A stretch of 46,789 nucleotides of DNA from a virus, in IMG/VR virus record IMGVR_UViG_3300045988_051134; one strand, 5' to 3'. Each line of letters starts with the position of its first letter. Position 1 is the stretch's first letter. Of this stretch, positions 11,005-20,250 are shown one piece after another. Made by a program: the position numbers and the translations under genes. A model generated the notes under the pieces. That model was given only the letters and a program-made list of their open reading frames with translations, did no database searches and was not told where the DNA came from.

Positions 11005-11254
11005 TGTTGTCCCTCATAAATTTTTCCAGTTCCTGGTGCTCTTGGTCCGTAAAAGGATCATCCTTAGAGTCGTAATCCAGGAAACATGGTCCATCACCCA
11101 GCCGCATAATACGTGCCACGCGCTCCGTCCGGTCGCTGTCGTAAAAGAAAAGCTCGCCGTCATAGTCAAACCAAATGCTAATCTTCGGGTTGCCGTTTAC
11201 TTGCCACCAGTCAAAGAGGCGGTATAACGTTTGTCCATTAAAAGCCATAACCAA
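10985..11254 (-). CDS. Hypothetical protein (copy of 35536..35805)
   Basis: Exact inverted copy. Confidence 0.55.
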   Translation of the reverse strand: MVMAFNGQTLYRLFDWWQVNGNPKISIWFDYDGELFFYDSDRTERVARIMRLGDGPCFLDYDSKDDPFTDQEHQELEKFMRDNNAKSYD

Positions 11255-11570
11255 TCAGCTCCTCTCTAATAATCTTCACTGCATCTTCGGGCGACCTAGC
11301 AATGCCATGGATGATACCGCAGTTGGTAAGCATCTCGTGGAATCGTTTTTGACTTTCCCTTGGTCGCCCCATTTTAGTTTTCATCTCGATAAAAAAGACC
11401 TGGTGGTCGTCAGTCTTGAAGCCAAATAAGTCGAAGAACCCATTCGGCAGGCCTTGGATAACGTGCTTCCCGTCCAGGCTGAGGAATTTCCCTGCGTTGG
11501 CCCGGAACACCTTGCAGCCGGCTTTGGTCAAAGCCACCATGGTTAGTTTTTGAATGTCCGATTCTCGCAT
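11238..11570 (-). CDS. VRR-NUC domain nuclease (copy of 35220..35552)
   Basis: Exact inverted copy. Confidence 0.65.
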   Translation of the reverse strand: MRESDIQKLTMVALTKAGCKVFRANAGKFLSLDGKHVIQGLPNGFFDLFGFKTDDHQVFFIEMKTKMGRPRESQKRFHEMLTNCGIIHGIARSPEDAVKIIREELIGYGF

Positions 11571-11574
11571 TATT

Positions 11575-11793
11575 CTACTGCGCCTCCATCATCTCAATAA
11601 TCATCCTTTTGACCTTGTCATAGTCGGCATAGCTGTAATTAACCGAATTCATTAACATCACGCTAATGGCAATTAGAACAGCTTTAGGCGGTTTCCGATA
11701 AACGTGGGCATAATTGGCCACTAACTCCTTGCAAGCCTCTCTGCGGCCTTCTATAGCGTTTTTGGCGTATGCTTCAGCGAATAGGTAGGTCAT
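11575..11793 (-). CDS. Hypothetical protein (copy of 34997..35215)
   Basis: Exact inverted copy. Confidence 0.55.
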   Translation of the reverse strand: MTYLFAEAYAKNAIEGRREACKELVANYAHVYRKPPKAVLIAISVMLMNSVNYSYADYDKVKRMIIEMMEAQ

Positions 11794-11839
11794 ACGCCCA
11801 CCACCCGCTTGTTTGGCTTTCTCTTGTGTTTAGTCATCG

Positions 11840-12064
11840 TTAATCCCTCCAGTTTAAAATTTCTGAGTCCGCAGTATAGCGAACGATTTTTAGTGGCAGG
11901 TCACCACCGCTTTTTTTAAGTCGTCTCATTTGAGCCCTGGCCATAGCCTGGCTGACATAGATCATTGGATGACTGCCTGCTCTACACACCTGCAGCCGTC
12001 CATTAACTTCTTCCATCACTGCCCAGACCACCGGCTCCTCGATGTTTTCGATCCATTTTGTCAT
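11840..12064 (-). CDS. Hypothetical protein (copy of 34726..34950)
   Basis: Exact inverted copy. Confidence 0.55.
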   Translation of the reverse strand: MTKWIENIEEPVVWAVMEEVNGRLQVCRAGSHPMIYVSQAMARAQMRRLKKSGGDLPLKIVRYTADSEILNWRD

Positions 12065-12382
12065 TGTTTTTTTCTCCTAGTGTAGTCATTGTAGTCACCC
12101 TGTAGTCAGCCTCAGCCTTACTCTCCCAAGGGTTTTGGCGAGGTGACTACATGACTACACCTTTCCCAACTTTTTATAAATACCCCCCCATCCCACCTGA
12201 CCACACCCCCTATTATAAAAAGTTTATTTTTTATAATAGGCGTAGTCATGTAGTCAATACACTATAATCCTTACTCTCCCAAGGGCTGAGGCTGACTACA
12301 AGGTGACTACATCTGACTACACCGTCGCGCTGAGCCCTACTCTCCCAAGGGTTCAGATTTTCATTTTTGACTACACCTATCT
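12065..12382. repeat. Heptamer/stem-loop/palindrome block R2 (mirror copy of 34408..34725), here directly upstream of the TMP gene
   Basis: Exact reverse complement of 34408..34725. It includes the AT-rich palindrome at 12209..12240 and a C-rich tract. Its inner end carries the reverse complement of the last 6 nt (aga tag) of the VirE-like gene. Confidence 0.9.
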
Positions 12383-12396
12383 AGAAAGGAGATAAA

Positions 12397-15300
12397 ATGG
12401 CCGACGGAGTTGTAACGATTGACTTAAACTTCCCAGCTAACGAATCGGAATTTAAATCCGATGTTAGCCAGGTCGAAGAAATTCTTAAAAAGATTGGGTC
12501 TGGCACCGGCAATCAAGCGGTGGCCAACTTTATCCGAAAAGCCAACGAACTGAGAACCACTGCAAGCGAGGTGGGCAGTCAAGTATCTAAAAATGTGAAT
12601 GATGCCGGTAAACAAGCGGGCACTCAGATGCAGAAAAATTTCGAAACTACCGCAGGCGCGGTGGAAAAGGCCGCAAAGAGAGTGGCAGGAGACGTCTCAG
12701 CTACTACCAGCACCATGGGCAAGCATGCCGGATCTGAGATGCAGACCAACTTCAGATCCAACTCCAACGACGTCAAAAAGTCGGCGTCAGGTATGAGCCA
12801 AGATGTCAATCGGACTGCTAAGGGCATGGGCAAGGGTGCTGGCGATGAAATGGCCGGATCTGCACGAAAGAACATTGGCGAGGTAAAAAAAGCCTTTGGA
12901 TCACTTGGGGACTATATCAAGGGTTCATTTATCGGTAGTGCATTGGAGCGAGCAACCGAAAGGGTGACCGATTTCTTTAAAGACATGGTCACCCAGGCGA
13001 CTGAATCCTTTGACGCCTTAAATTCCTATCAATCAACCATGAAGTTTGCCGGCTTTGACACGTCCGAAATCAAAAAGGGCGAGGAAGAGCTCAAAGAATA
13101 CTCCAAGGAAACCATCTACAACGTGGGCGAAATGTCCAACACGGCAGCCACCTTGGCCGCCAACGGGGTTAAAAACTATGTTGACGTAACGAAGGCCCTG
13201 GGCAACTTGGTCGCAGTAGCGGGGGGTGGCGCACAAGACATGCAATCGGCATCCTTGGCCTTAACTCAAATGGTCGGGGCTGGCAAGATGTACACTGGGG
13301 ACTGGAACCAATTCATTAACGGCATTCCTGGGGCCTCTGGCAAGATTCAGAAGGCTTTGAAGGACGCCGGGGCATATACTGGCAACTTCAAGGATGCGAT
13401 GTCTAAGGGCCAAATTTCGGCTAATGAGATGATCGCGGCAATTGAGAAGCTAGGTAACACAAAGATTGCCAAAAAGGCCGCCACCGACACGAGCAAGTTC
13501 TCTGTAGCTTGGCAAGGTGCTCAAGAATCTGTCCAAGACGGTATTTTAAAATTGATGGATAGTCTTGGAACCAGCGGCTTCACCGGTGCAATTTCGTCAG
13601 CTGGTGACAGCGCCTATAATGCTCTAGCATCAATTGGTGGCTGGATCTCAAAACACAAGGATCAAATTGCCACGCTGGGAAAAAAACTTGGCTACATCAA
13701 GGACGACCTCGAAGAAATTGGCGGTGATATTGGGCAAGGATTCATTCAGTTTTTCAAAGACAGCTACAAGTGGATCAGCAAATTCACTGACAAAACGGGT
13801 AATGGTAACGATGCACTGGATGATCTGGGACTGGCTCTGGACAAAGTCGCCAAACATAAGGGCACTCTCCGGGCAATCGGCAAAGGCCTGGCGGCAATTA
13901 CTACGGCGGCATTGGGGCTTAAAGCCCTCAAGGGTGTTGGCTCAATTGTTTCCGCGTTGCTTAGACCGCTTGGAAAAATCGCTGGCTTGATCTTGACCAT
14001 TGCTTCAACGCCTTTAGGTGCGGTTGCTCTCGCAGTCGTGGCCATTGGAGCGGCATTCGTGCTGGCTTACAAGCATATCAAGCCATTCAGAGACTTTGTC
14101 AATGCCATTGGCAAGAAGACCAGATCTGCCTTCAACTCGGTTGCTAAGGCCGTTTCTAAGGCTTTTAAAGAGATGTCAAAGGCTATAGCCCCGATCGTCA
14201 AGGAATTTAAAAAGGCATGGAACCAATTGCTGAAATTCCTTAAAGCACTTTGGAAGGATATCTCCGCAGTAGTTGTTGGCGCGCTTAAGATTTTATTCGT
14301 CGTTATGTCGCCTCTGTTGCTTGTTATCGTTGGTTTGGTACGACTAGCCATGATCACGATTAAAGCCCTTATAAAGGGCGCTATGGGCTTTATAAAGACA
14401 CTTTGGCAGGTGACCTGGAAGTCAATCGGCACCATTCTTAAAACGGCCTGGAACGTCATTAGAGACATTATCAAGTATGAGCTTAAGATTATCACCGATA
14501 TCCTTAAACTTGGCACAAATATTCTGAAAGGCAATTGGAAAGGCGTTTGGAAAGACATCAAGAAAATCTTCAGAGACGCCTGGAACGGCATGAAGTCGAT
14601 TGTCCGTGACATTTGGAAAGGGATCAAGGAATACGTTGCTGACGGCGTTAACGGCGTAATTGACCTTATTAACGGAATGATCACGGCCATTAACAAGGTT
14701 TGGACCTTCTTCGGTGGCAAGGGGGGCATCAACAAGCTCAGTCATGTCCACTTTGCAAACGGTGGCCAATTAAGCAGTGACGGGTCGGTTATGGCTATCG
14801 TCAACGACGATGGCACTCCTGATCCACGCGAATTGATCCAGCGCAAGGACGGAACCTTGCAGATGTATCAAGACCGCAATGCCAAGACTATCATCAACCC
14901 AGGTGACAAGGTCTACAACTCAAAGCAGACCAAGGAAATCTTTGATTCTGTAGGCGTGCACTATGCCAAGGGCAATGTCGGCGGTGACATTTGGAGTGGT
15001 GTTAAGTCGTTCTTCGGCGGTGTAGCGGATAAACTTAAGGACGCTATTGAGTGGCTCAAGCATCCCCTAAAGAACACCGCCAAGCTGATCAAGAACGCCA
15101 CTGATTCGTTTATGTCGATCTTGCCGGAAAGCTTTAAGAACTTGGCGGGATCAATGATTGGCAAGATGACCAGCATGATTTCTGACAAGTTTAAGAAGTT
15201 GATCCAGGGCTACAAGGACGATAATGAAGATGGCGGTGGCAGTGTTGGCAATCCAGGCGGTGCTGGCGTTATGCGCTGGAAGTCATATGTTGCTAAGGCC

Positions 15301-15945
15301 CTTAAGGCCAACGGCATTGAGCCGACGGGCTATCGGATAGGCAAGATCCTGGCCACTATCCAGCGTGAGTCGGGTGGTAATCCGAGAGCAATTAACCTTT
15401 GGGACAGCAACGCAAAAGCTGGTATCCCGTCTAAAGGCTTGATGCAAACAATCGGACCAACTTTTAATGCTTTCAAGTTTGCAGGTCATGGCAATATCTA
15501 CAACGGCTACGACAACCTGCTTGCAGCCATTAACTATATCAAACACAGATATGGCACTTCTGACGCCGCTTTTGCGCGTGTTGCCGCAAGTGGCTATGCT
15601 AAAGGCGGCATTATTGATCGTGAGCAAATGGCTCTAATTGGTGAAGGAAACCGCACAGAATTTGTGGTTCCAAATCCTTCGGTTGCAGGCCCATCACGCA
15701 CCTACGAGATGATTGGGCGAGCTGCAGCTTACGCAAGCCAAGCGGGAGGAGGCAGTGGTTCGATTATGAATGATAACGCCTTGAAATTGGTTGAGCGCAA
15801 ATTAGACTCCTTGATCGATTACAACGCAACCCAACTGGAAGAACTGAAAAAGCCAATGAGATCTTACATTCTGCAAAGTGACATCTACAAGGGCTACAAC
15901 GCGCAGCAGAAGCTCAACGATATGCGCGGATTTTTCGTCAGATAG
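12397..15945 (+). CDS. Tape measure protein with C-terminal lytic transglycosylase (SLT-like) domain
   Basis: 1182 aa, with AAAGGAG RBS. Hydrophobic/helical middle has periodic W/F (AWNQLLKFLKALWKDI...WKGVWKDIKKIFRDAWNGM). SLT-like motif ATIQRESGGNPRAIN...GLMQTIGPTF. Sits upstream of Dit/Tal. Confidence 0.9.
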   Translation: MADGVVTIDLNFPANESEFKSDVSQVEEILKKIGSGTGNQAVANFIRKANELRTTASEVGSQVSKNVNDAGKQAGTQMQKNFETTAGAVEKAAKRVAGDVSATTSTMGKHAGSEMQTNFRSNSNDVKKSASGMSQDVNRTAKGMGKGAGDEMAGSARKNIGEVKKAFGSLGDYIKGSFIGSALERATERVTDFFKDMVTQATESFDALNSYQSTMKFAGFDTSEIKKGEEELKEYSKETIYNVGEMSNTAATLAANGVKNYVDVTKALGNLVAVAGGGAQDMQSASLALTQMVGAGKMYTGDWNQFINGIPGASGKIQKALKDAGAYTGNFKDAMSKGQISANEMIAAIEKLGNTKIAKKAATDTSKFSVAWQGAQESVQDGILKLMDSLGTSGFTGAISSAGDSAYNALASIGGWISKHKDQIATLGKKLGYIKDDLEEIGGDIGQGFIQFFKDSYKWISKFTDKTGNGNDALDDLGLALDKVAKHKGTLRAIGKGLAAITTAALGLKALKGVGSIVSALLRPLGKIAGLILTIASTPLGAVALAVVAIGAAFVLAYKHIKPFRDFVNAIGKKTRSAFNSVAKAVSKAFKEMSKAIAPIVKEFKKAWNQLLKFLKALWKDISAVVVGALKILFVVMSPLLLVIVGLVRLAMITIKALIKGAMGFIKTLWQVTWKSIGTILKTAWNVIRDIIKYELKIITDILKLGTNILKGNWKGVWKDIKKIFRDAWNGMKSIVRDIWKGIKEYVADGVNGVIDLINGMITAINKVWTFFGGKGGINKLSHVHFANGGQLSSDGSVMAIVNDDGTPDPRELIQRKDGTLQMYQDRNAKTIINPGDKVYNSKQTKEIFDSVGVHYAKGNVGGDIWSGVKSFFGGVADKLKDAIEWLKHPLKNTAKLIKNATDSFMSILPESFKNLAGSMIGKMTSMISDKFKKLIQGYKDDNEDGGGSVGNPGGAGVMRWKSYVAKALKANGIEPTGYRIGKILATIQRESGGNPRAINLWDSNAKAGIPSKGLMQTIGPTFNAFKFAGHGNIYNGYDNLLAAINYIKHRYGTSDAAFARVAASGYAKGGIIDREQMALIGEGNRTEFVVPNPSVAGPSRTYEMIGRAAAYASQAGGGSGSIMNDNALKLVERKLDSLIDYNATQLEELKKPMRSYILQSDIYKGYNAQQKLNDMRGFFVR

Positions 15946-15954
15946 GAGGCAGAA

Positions 15955-17844
15955 ATGGCAGAATTAAATCCATATTTCATCTATAACGGCGTTTCTAGCG
16001 CCAATTATGGCGTGAAATGCACCAAGTTTGCTATGCCTATTGCTCCTACGATGAACGTGGTCAGTGAAAGCATCCCCGGTGCTTATGGCAACTACTTCGA
16101 GGGGATCAATTACACCAGCAAATCCTTTACCTTCAAGGTCTACCTGGACACTAACGGCAGCCGTGAACGGATGCAGGAAATAACGGACCAAATGGCTGAA
16201 TATCTGATCCTCTATGATGAAGACAACCCGGCTCGCGAATACGAACTTGAATTTGGTTTTTGGCCAGATAGATTCTGGCTTGGCCACTTTAGCAGCATTG
16301 GCCAACCTACCCTGCTTAACAATTCTTGGTTTGCCACCGTTGACCTTACTTTTGAGTGCTCAAAGCCTTTTACCTTCTTAAACCGCGAAACGATCGCTCT
16401 TGACGGGGTCACCACCGGCAAGCCAATTGACGTCAACATGAAGGGCAACGCCCCAACACCTGTTGATATCCAAATTGAATCGAACAAGGACGCCAAGCAC
16501 GTGGGTGTAGTAGTCAACGGATCCGGCATCTTTGCGCTCGGCGAGGATAGAACGGAGCTCCAGAATAAAATCGTTGCAGAGTGGCAAGAAGCTTTGTCTG
16601 ACGTCGGCGACGCAACAAGCGGATCCTTTACCAATTGGAACTTGAACCCAACGTCAGCGTCCAACATCAAGTGGGGGCAGAGACTTGCCCCGGTTATGGG
16701 TGGCTCTAATATGATCAATCCTTCTGGCATGTCCATCGGGGTTGGGACCAAGGAGAAGACTGGCTATAATCCAGCCAAGGACAAGAAGGGCAGTACCAGT
16801 AAGTACACTGTTATGAATTATGGTACTGATGCCCAGGAAGCCAAGGGCACGACTGGTACTCCTTGGTATGGCCCTATCATGATCACGAAGGGCTTTGATG
16901 GCGGCGCACTTGATGATTTTAAAGCCGTTTTCCGGCTCAAGCGCAGAAAATTTAAGGGGCCACATAATGGCCGGGCAATGGGTGACATCGAAGTTTTATT
17001 CCTGGATCCAAACGGGAATGCATTTTTCCGGGCAGGCATCAAAGACCAAGACAGTGGTGCTGTCCCGGTTCTTTACACCCAAATCGGCAAGCCCGGCACT
17101 GACTGGATTAGTGGCGACTACGTCAACATTTACGGGCCAGCCAAGGCATTCAACATCAAAAACGGCAGAAATGTAAAAGTCCCGGTTTATGCCGGGTCCA
17201 AAAAGGTCAAGAAGAGCGTGACGGTAATTAAAAAGGTTAGGGGCAAGAAGAAAAAAGTCACGACCCAAGAGGACCAGACTGTTTACTACTACAAGACAGA
17301 GATGAACGACAATAACACCTCCGAACTCTCTAACGCCTGGATTGAATGGGAAGTCCACAAGGTCGGTAATGTTTGGAGTTTCTGGATCTACCAGCTTGAC
17401 CAAGGTGGCAACCGGGTTAAGGACTACGAAAAAGGCAAGGTTCACTTTAAAAACACAAAATACATCGACCGGATGGGCGATTACAGCGCGCCCTTGGGCT
17501 CGATTGCAGTCGGCATGTTTAAACACTCCATCACGGAAGACACAACTAACCCGCCTAATATCTATAGAAATGTCGACCCGTCTTTGACTATGCTTAAGGT
17601 TTGGCGGCGCAATCCTAAATACGACTTGGCAAACAAGCCGATTCCAGTTGCGGTCCCTGCAGGCAGTGTCTTGGACTTTGATGGTGAAAACATGCAGACC
17701 ACCGTTAATGGCACGGTAGTAGAAGAGGCCTGGGCAACCAACTACCCTAAGCTGCAGCCAGGAAATAACACGCTTGTCTTTGTGTCCGATGCTGATCTTA
17801 GTACGTCTAAAACCGTGATCTCCTATAATCCGAGGTTGAAGTAA
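15955..17844 (+). CDS. Distal tail protein (Dit), unusually long
   Basis: 629 aa with TAGGAGG RBS, immediately after TMP and overlapping the next gene by 1 nt. The function is assigned from the conserved TMP-Dit-Tal order. Confidence 0.6.
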   Translation: MAELNPYFIYNGVSSANYGVKCTKFAMPIAPTMNVVSESIPGAYGNYFEGINYTSKSFTFKVYLDTNGSRERMQEITDQMAEYLILYDEDNPAREYELEFGFWPDRFWLGHFSSIGQPTLLNNSWFATVDLTFECSKPFTFLNRETIALDGVTTGKPIDVNMKGNAPTPVDIQIESNKDAKHVGVVVNGSGIFALGEDRTELQNKIVAEWQEALSDVGDATSGSFTNWNLNPTSASNIKWGQRLAPVMGGSNMINPSGMSIGVGTKEKTGYNPAKDKKGSTSKYTVMNYGTDAQEAKGTTGTPWYGPIMITKGFDGGALDDFKAVFRLKRRKFKGPHNGRAMGDIEVLFLDPNGNAFFRAGIKDQDSGAVPVLYTQIGKPGTDWISGDYVNIYGPAKAFNIKNGRNVKVPVYAGSKKVKKSVTVIKKVRGKKKKVTTQEDQTVYYYKTEMNDNNTSELSNAWIEWEVHKVGNVWSFWIYQLDQGGNRVKDYEKGKVHFKNTKYIDRMGDYSAPLGSIAVGMFKHSITEDTTNPPNIYRNVDPSLTMLKVWRRNPKYDLANKPIPVAVPAGSVLDFDGENMQTTVNGTVVEEAWATNYPKLQPGNNTLVFVSDADLSTSKTVISYNPRLK

Positions 17845-20234
17845 TGGCAAAGCAGTACTACATCTTAAACAGCGAATTAAAGCGGATAGGGACGCTGTCT
17901 CTGGACGGCGCGACTGTCTTTACTGCTGACACGATCACTCACCAGTATGCGTCAGCTGACCAGACTAACAGCAGCTATGGCGAAAACCCAGACGCAGAAG
18001 ACACTACGCAATCCCGAAGTAAGAACCGCAAATCTAAGGAGTATAATCACTACGGAACCATCGTAGTTCCGCAACGGCAGCCAGATAGTGCCAAGGTGGT
18101 TGAAGGCAACTATATTGCTAAACATGATGAAGTGCTGGGGCGGTGGTATATCTTCCGAATTTGGCACACAAGCGAGACCTTGCTTGCTTCTGGCCTGGCC
18201 GCAACATCGGCAGAATTGATCGACCTGGGCCTTTGGGAGCTTTCCCATACAATTGTCCCAGCCAAGACATATACCAACTGCACGGCTAAGACAGCTTTCG
18301 AATGGCTCGCCCAAAAGCTGACTTGGAGCCTGGACATGTCCAAACTGACCACTACGCTGACTATGTCCAAAGTTGAATTTGACGGTACTAGCCGGGCCAG
18401 CTCCATGCTTCAAACTCTCCTTCAGTATTACGATCTGGAATGCGATTTTTACGTGAAGGCGACCAGTAACGGGACGATCACGGACAAGATCTTTGAAGTT
18501 GGCAACAAGCTCAACTCTGAAATCTACTCCGGCACTGTCTTCGTTGGCCAAAATGTCACTGGGTGTACGCGTGACATCACGGGCAACATCGTTACCAAGC
18601 TCTATGTCTTCGGGCCAAACGGCGAAACAATGGCCTCCGCCAATGGTGGCAAGACATATATCGTAGACGATGCGGCAAATCGCCAGTACAACCCAAACTG
18701 GCGGACAACTTATCTAGAAGGTGCCTACACCAGCAACTCAACGACCGATGCACATGGTCTTAAAGCAATTGCCAAAACAATTCTGGCAGACACTAACCAC
18801 CCACAATACGCATACACGGTCACAGTCCCACACACGATGCATCCCCGGCTGGGGAGTGTAGTTCGGACAGTCAACACGGACTTTACACCAGAGATGGTTA
18901 CCAAAGAGCGTGTCATGGCTACAACGGAAAGCTATGCTGATCCGTCACAGAACACAATCCAATTCGGTGAATTCCAAACGGTTACGCGAATTACGCCTGC
19001 TTGGCTGTCGAATTTCACGAGTCAAATCGCTAACGCAGTTCAAAAAGCCATGCAGGACAGTTCATCGATTGACCCGGTTGTCTTGACACCAGACGGGGTG
19101 GACTTCGACAAGTCAAACTCATCAAAGCGTGTTATTATCCAGGCTTACGAAGGCGGGACAAACATCTCAGCCTTCCTGGACAGCAACGGCTTCATCTTCC
19201 GCCAATTTTCAGAATCCGGCCAGTACGGGACAGCAACACGAGGCTACTTGCAAAACGTAAGCGGTTTGAAATTGGGCGAGTATCGGGCGACGATTGATAA
19301 TCAGTACTTTTCGACTACTCCAGAAGTCCAAGCCGATCAAACAAATGCCAGATCACTGGGGCGGCTATCACCAACAGCTCGTGGCAAAGAAGCCACTGTG
19401 CAGTATGTAGTCAGATTATCCGATGGATCCTACTTGTCCAGCACGGCCTCCCCAGTCAAAAGTCTGGACGGGCACGGAAACGATACGCTTTACCAACACT
19501 GGAGCCGTGACGGAAAGCTGATCGATGACATGATGGTGGCGAGTGGCGGTCACGGATCTAGTTTTGGGGTCAAAGAAGAAAACGGCACCATCTGGATTTA
19601 TGGAGTTACTAAGAACTTTAATAGCGTAGATGAACGATTCAGAATTTCTAAGTTTAAATATCGTGGCGGAAACGATATTAAGGCGACCGTCACTTCCAAC
19701 AGTAGCGACTTCACCGTGGGATTAGGTTTCTCGGCCAATGATCCGGTCCGTGTTAGCTATGACGCAAAGCATGACTTGATCGGCGTGGTTAGAGGTGATG
19801 GAACTTTTGAAGTCTTGAATCCTGCCCAAGCGCTGGCAGGCGATCATGATGTCCTTTACCAGATTGATTTGACACAATATGGGTTTAACTTGAACACTCA
19901 GACCTTCCAATCCGCCTGTCTGGATTTCCCCTATGTTTATTGGCATTCTGGCGATCATGATATGCACGACTACAGGATGCTTTACTGCGCCAACGTGGTG
20001 CACCAGGGCAAAGAATTCGATCTCAACTATGACTTTTCACAGTCCTTGCCTTTGAAGTTTGATATAGTCGAACCAGAAACGATCTGGATGCAACCAAATG
20101 GGAAGCTGCTGGCAAGCTTTAACTGTCATAATCCACAAGACGGGGAAAACACAGCTCATACGCACGCTATGTTTGAAATTCCAGTAATTACCAGATCACC
20201 AATGAGCTTGCCTAAGGGAGCAATTCCAGAGTAG
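17844..20234 (+). CDS. Tail-associated protein (Tal-like baseplate/tip protein)
   Basis: 796 aa; third gene of the TMP-Dit-Tal block; start overlaps the Dit stop (TAATG). Confidence 0.55.
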   Translation: MAKQYYILNSELKRIGTLSLDGATVFTADTITHQYASADQTNSSYGENPDAEDTTQSRSKNRKSKEYNHYGTIVVPQRQPDSAKVVEGNYIAKHDEVLGRWYIFRIWHTSETLLASGLAATSAELIDLGLWELSHTIVPAKTYTNCTAKTAFEWLAQKLTWSLDMSKLTTTLTMSKVEFDGTSRASSMLQTLLQYYDLECDFYVKATSNGTITDKIFEVGNKLNSEIYSGTVFVGQNVTGCTRDITGNIVTKLYVFGPNGETMASANGGKTYIVDDAANRQYNPNWRTTYLEGAYTSNSTTDAHGLKAIAKTILADTNHPQYAYTVTVPHTMHPRLGSVVRTVNTDFTPEMVTKERVMATTESYADPSQNTIQFGEFQTVTRITPAWLSNFTSQIANAVQKAMQDSSSIDPVVLTPDGVDFDKSNSSKRVIIQAYEGGTNISAFLDSNGFIFRQFSESGQYGTATRGYLQNVSGLKLGEYRATIDNQYFSTTPEVQADQTNARSLGRLSPTARGKEATVQYVVRLSDGSYLSSTASPVKSLDGHGNDTLYQHWSRDGKLIDDMMVASGGHGSSFGVKEENGTIWIYGVTKNFNSVDERFRISKFKYRGGNDIKATVTSNSSDFTVGLGFSANDPVRVSYDAKHDLIGVVRGDGTFEVLNPAQALAGDHDVLYQIDLTQYGFNLNTQTFQSACLDFPYVYWHSGDHDMHDYRMLYCANVVHQGKEFDLNYDFSQSLPLKFDIVEPETIWMQPNGKLLASFNCHNPQDGENTAHTHAMFEIPVITRSPMSLPKGAIPE

Positions 20235-20250
20235 ATAGAAAGGAGTAGAA

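Noticed and set aside
14067-14735. 222-aa antisense ORF inside the TMP gene. The same applies to 16996..17850(-) 284 aa, 17952..18551(-) 199 aa, 16212..16751(-) 179 aa and other antisense or overlapping track ORFs.
   Set aside because: They are fully embedded antisense to long, well-supported structural genes. They have no RBS, and their hydrophobic or low-complexity translations are typical of shadow frames.
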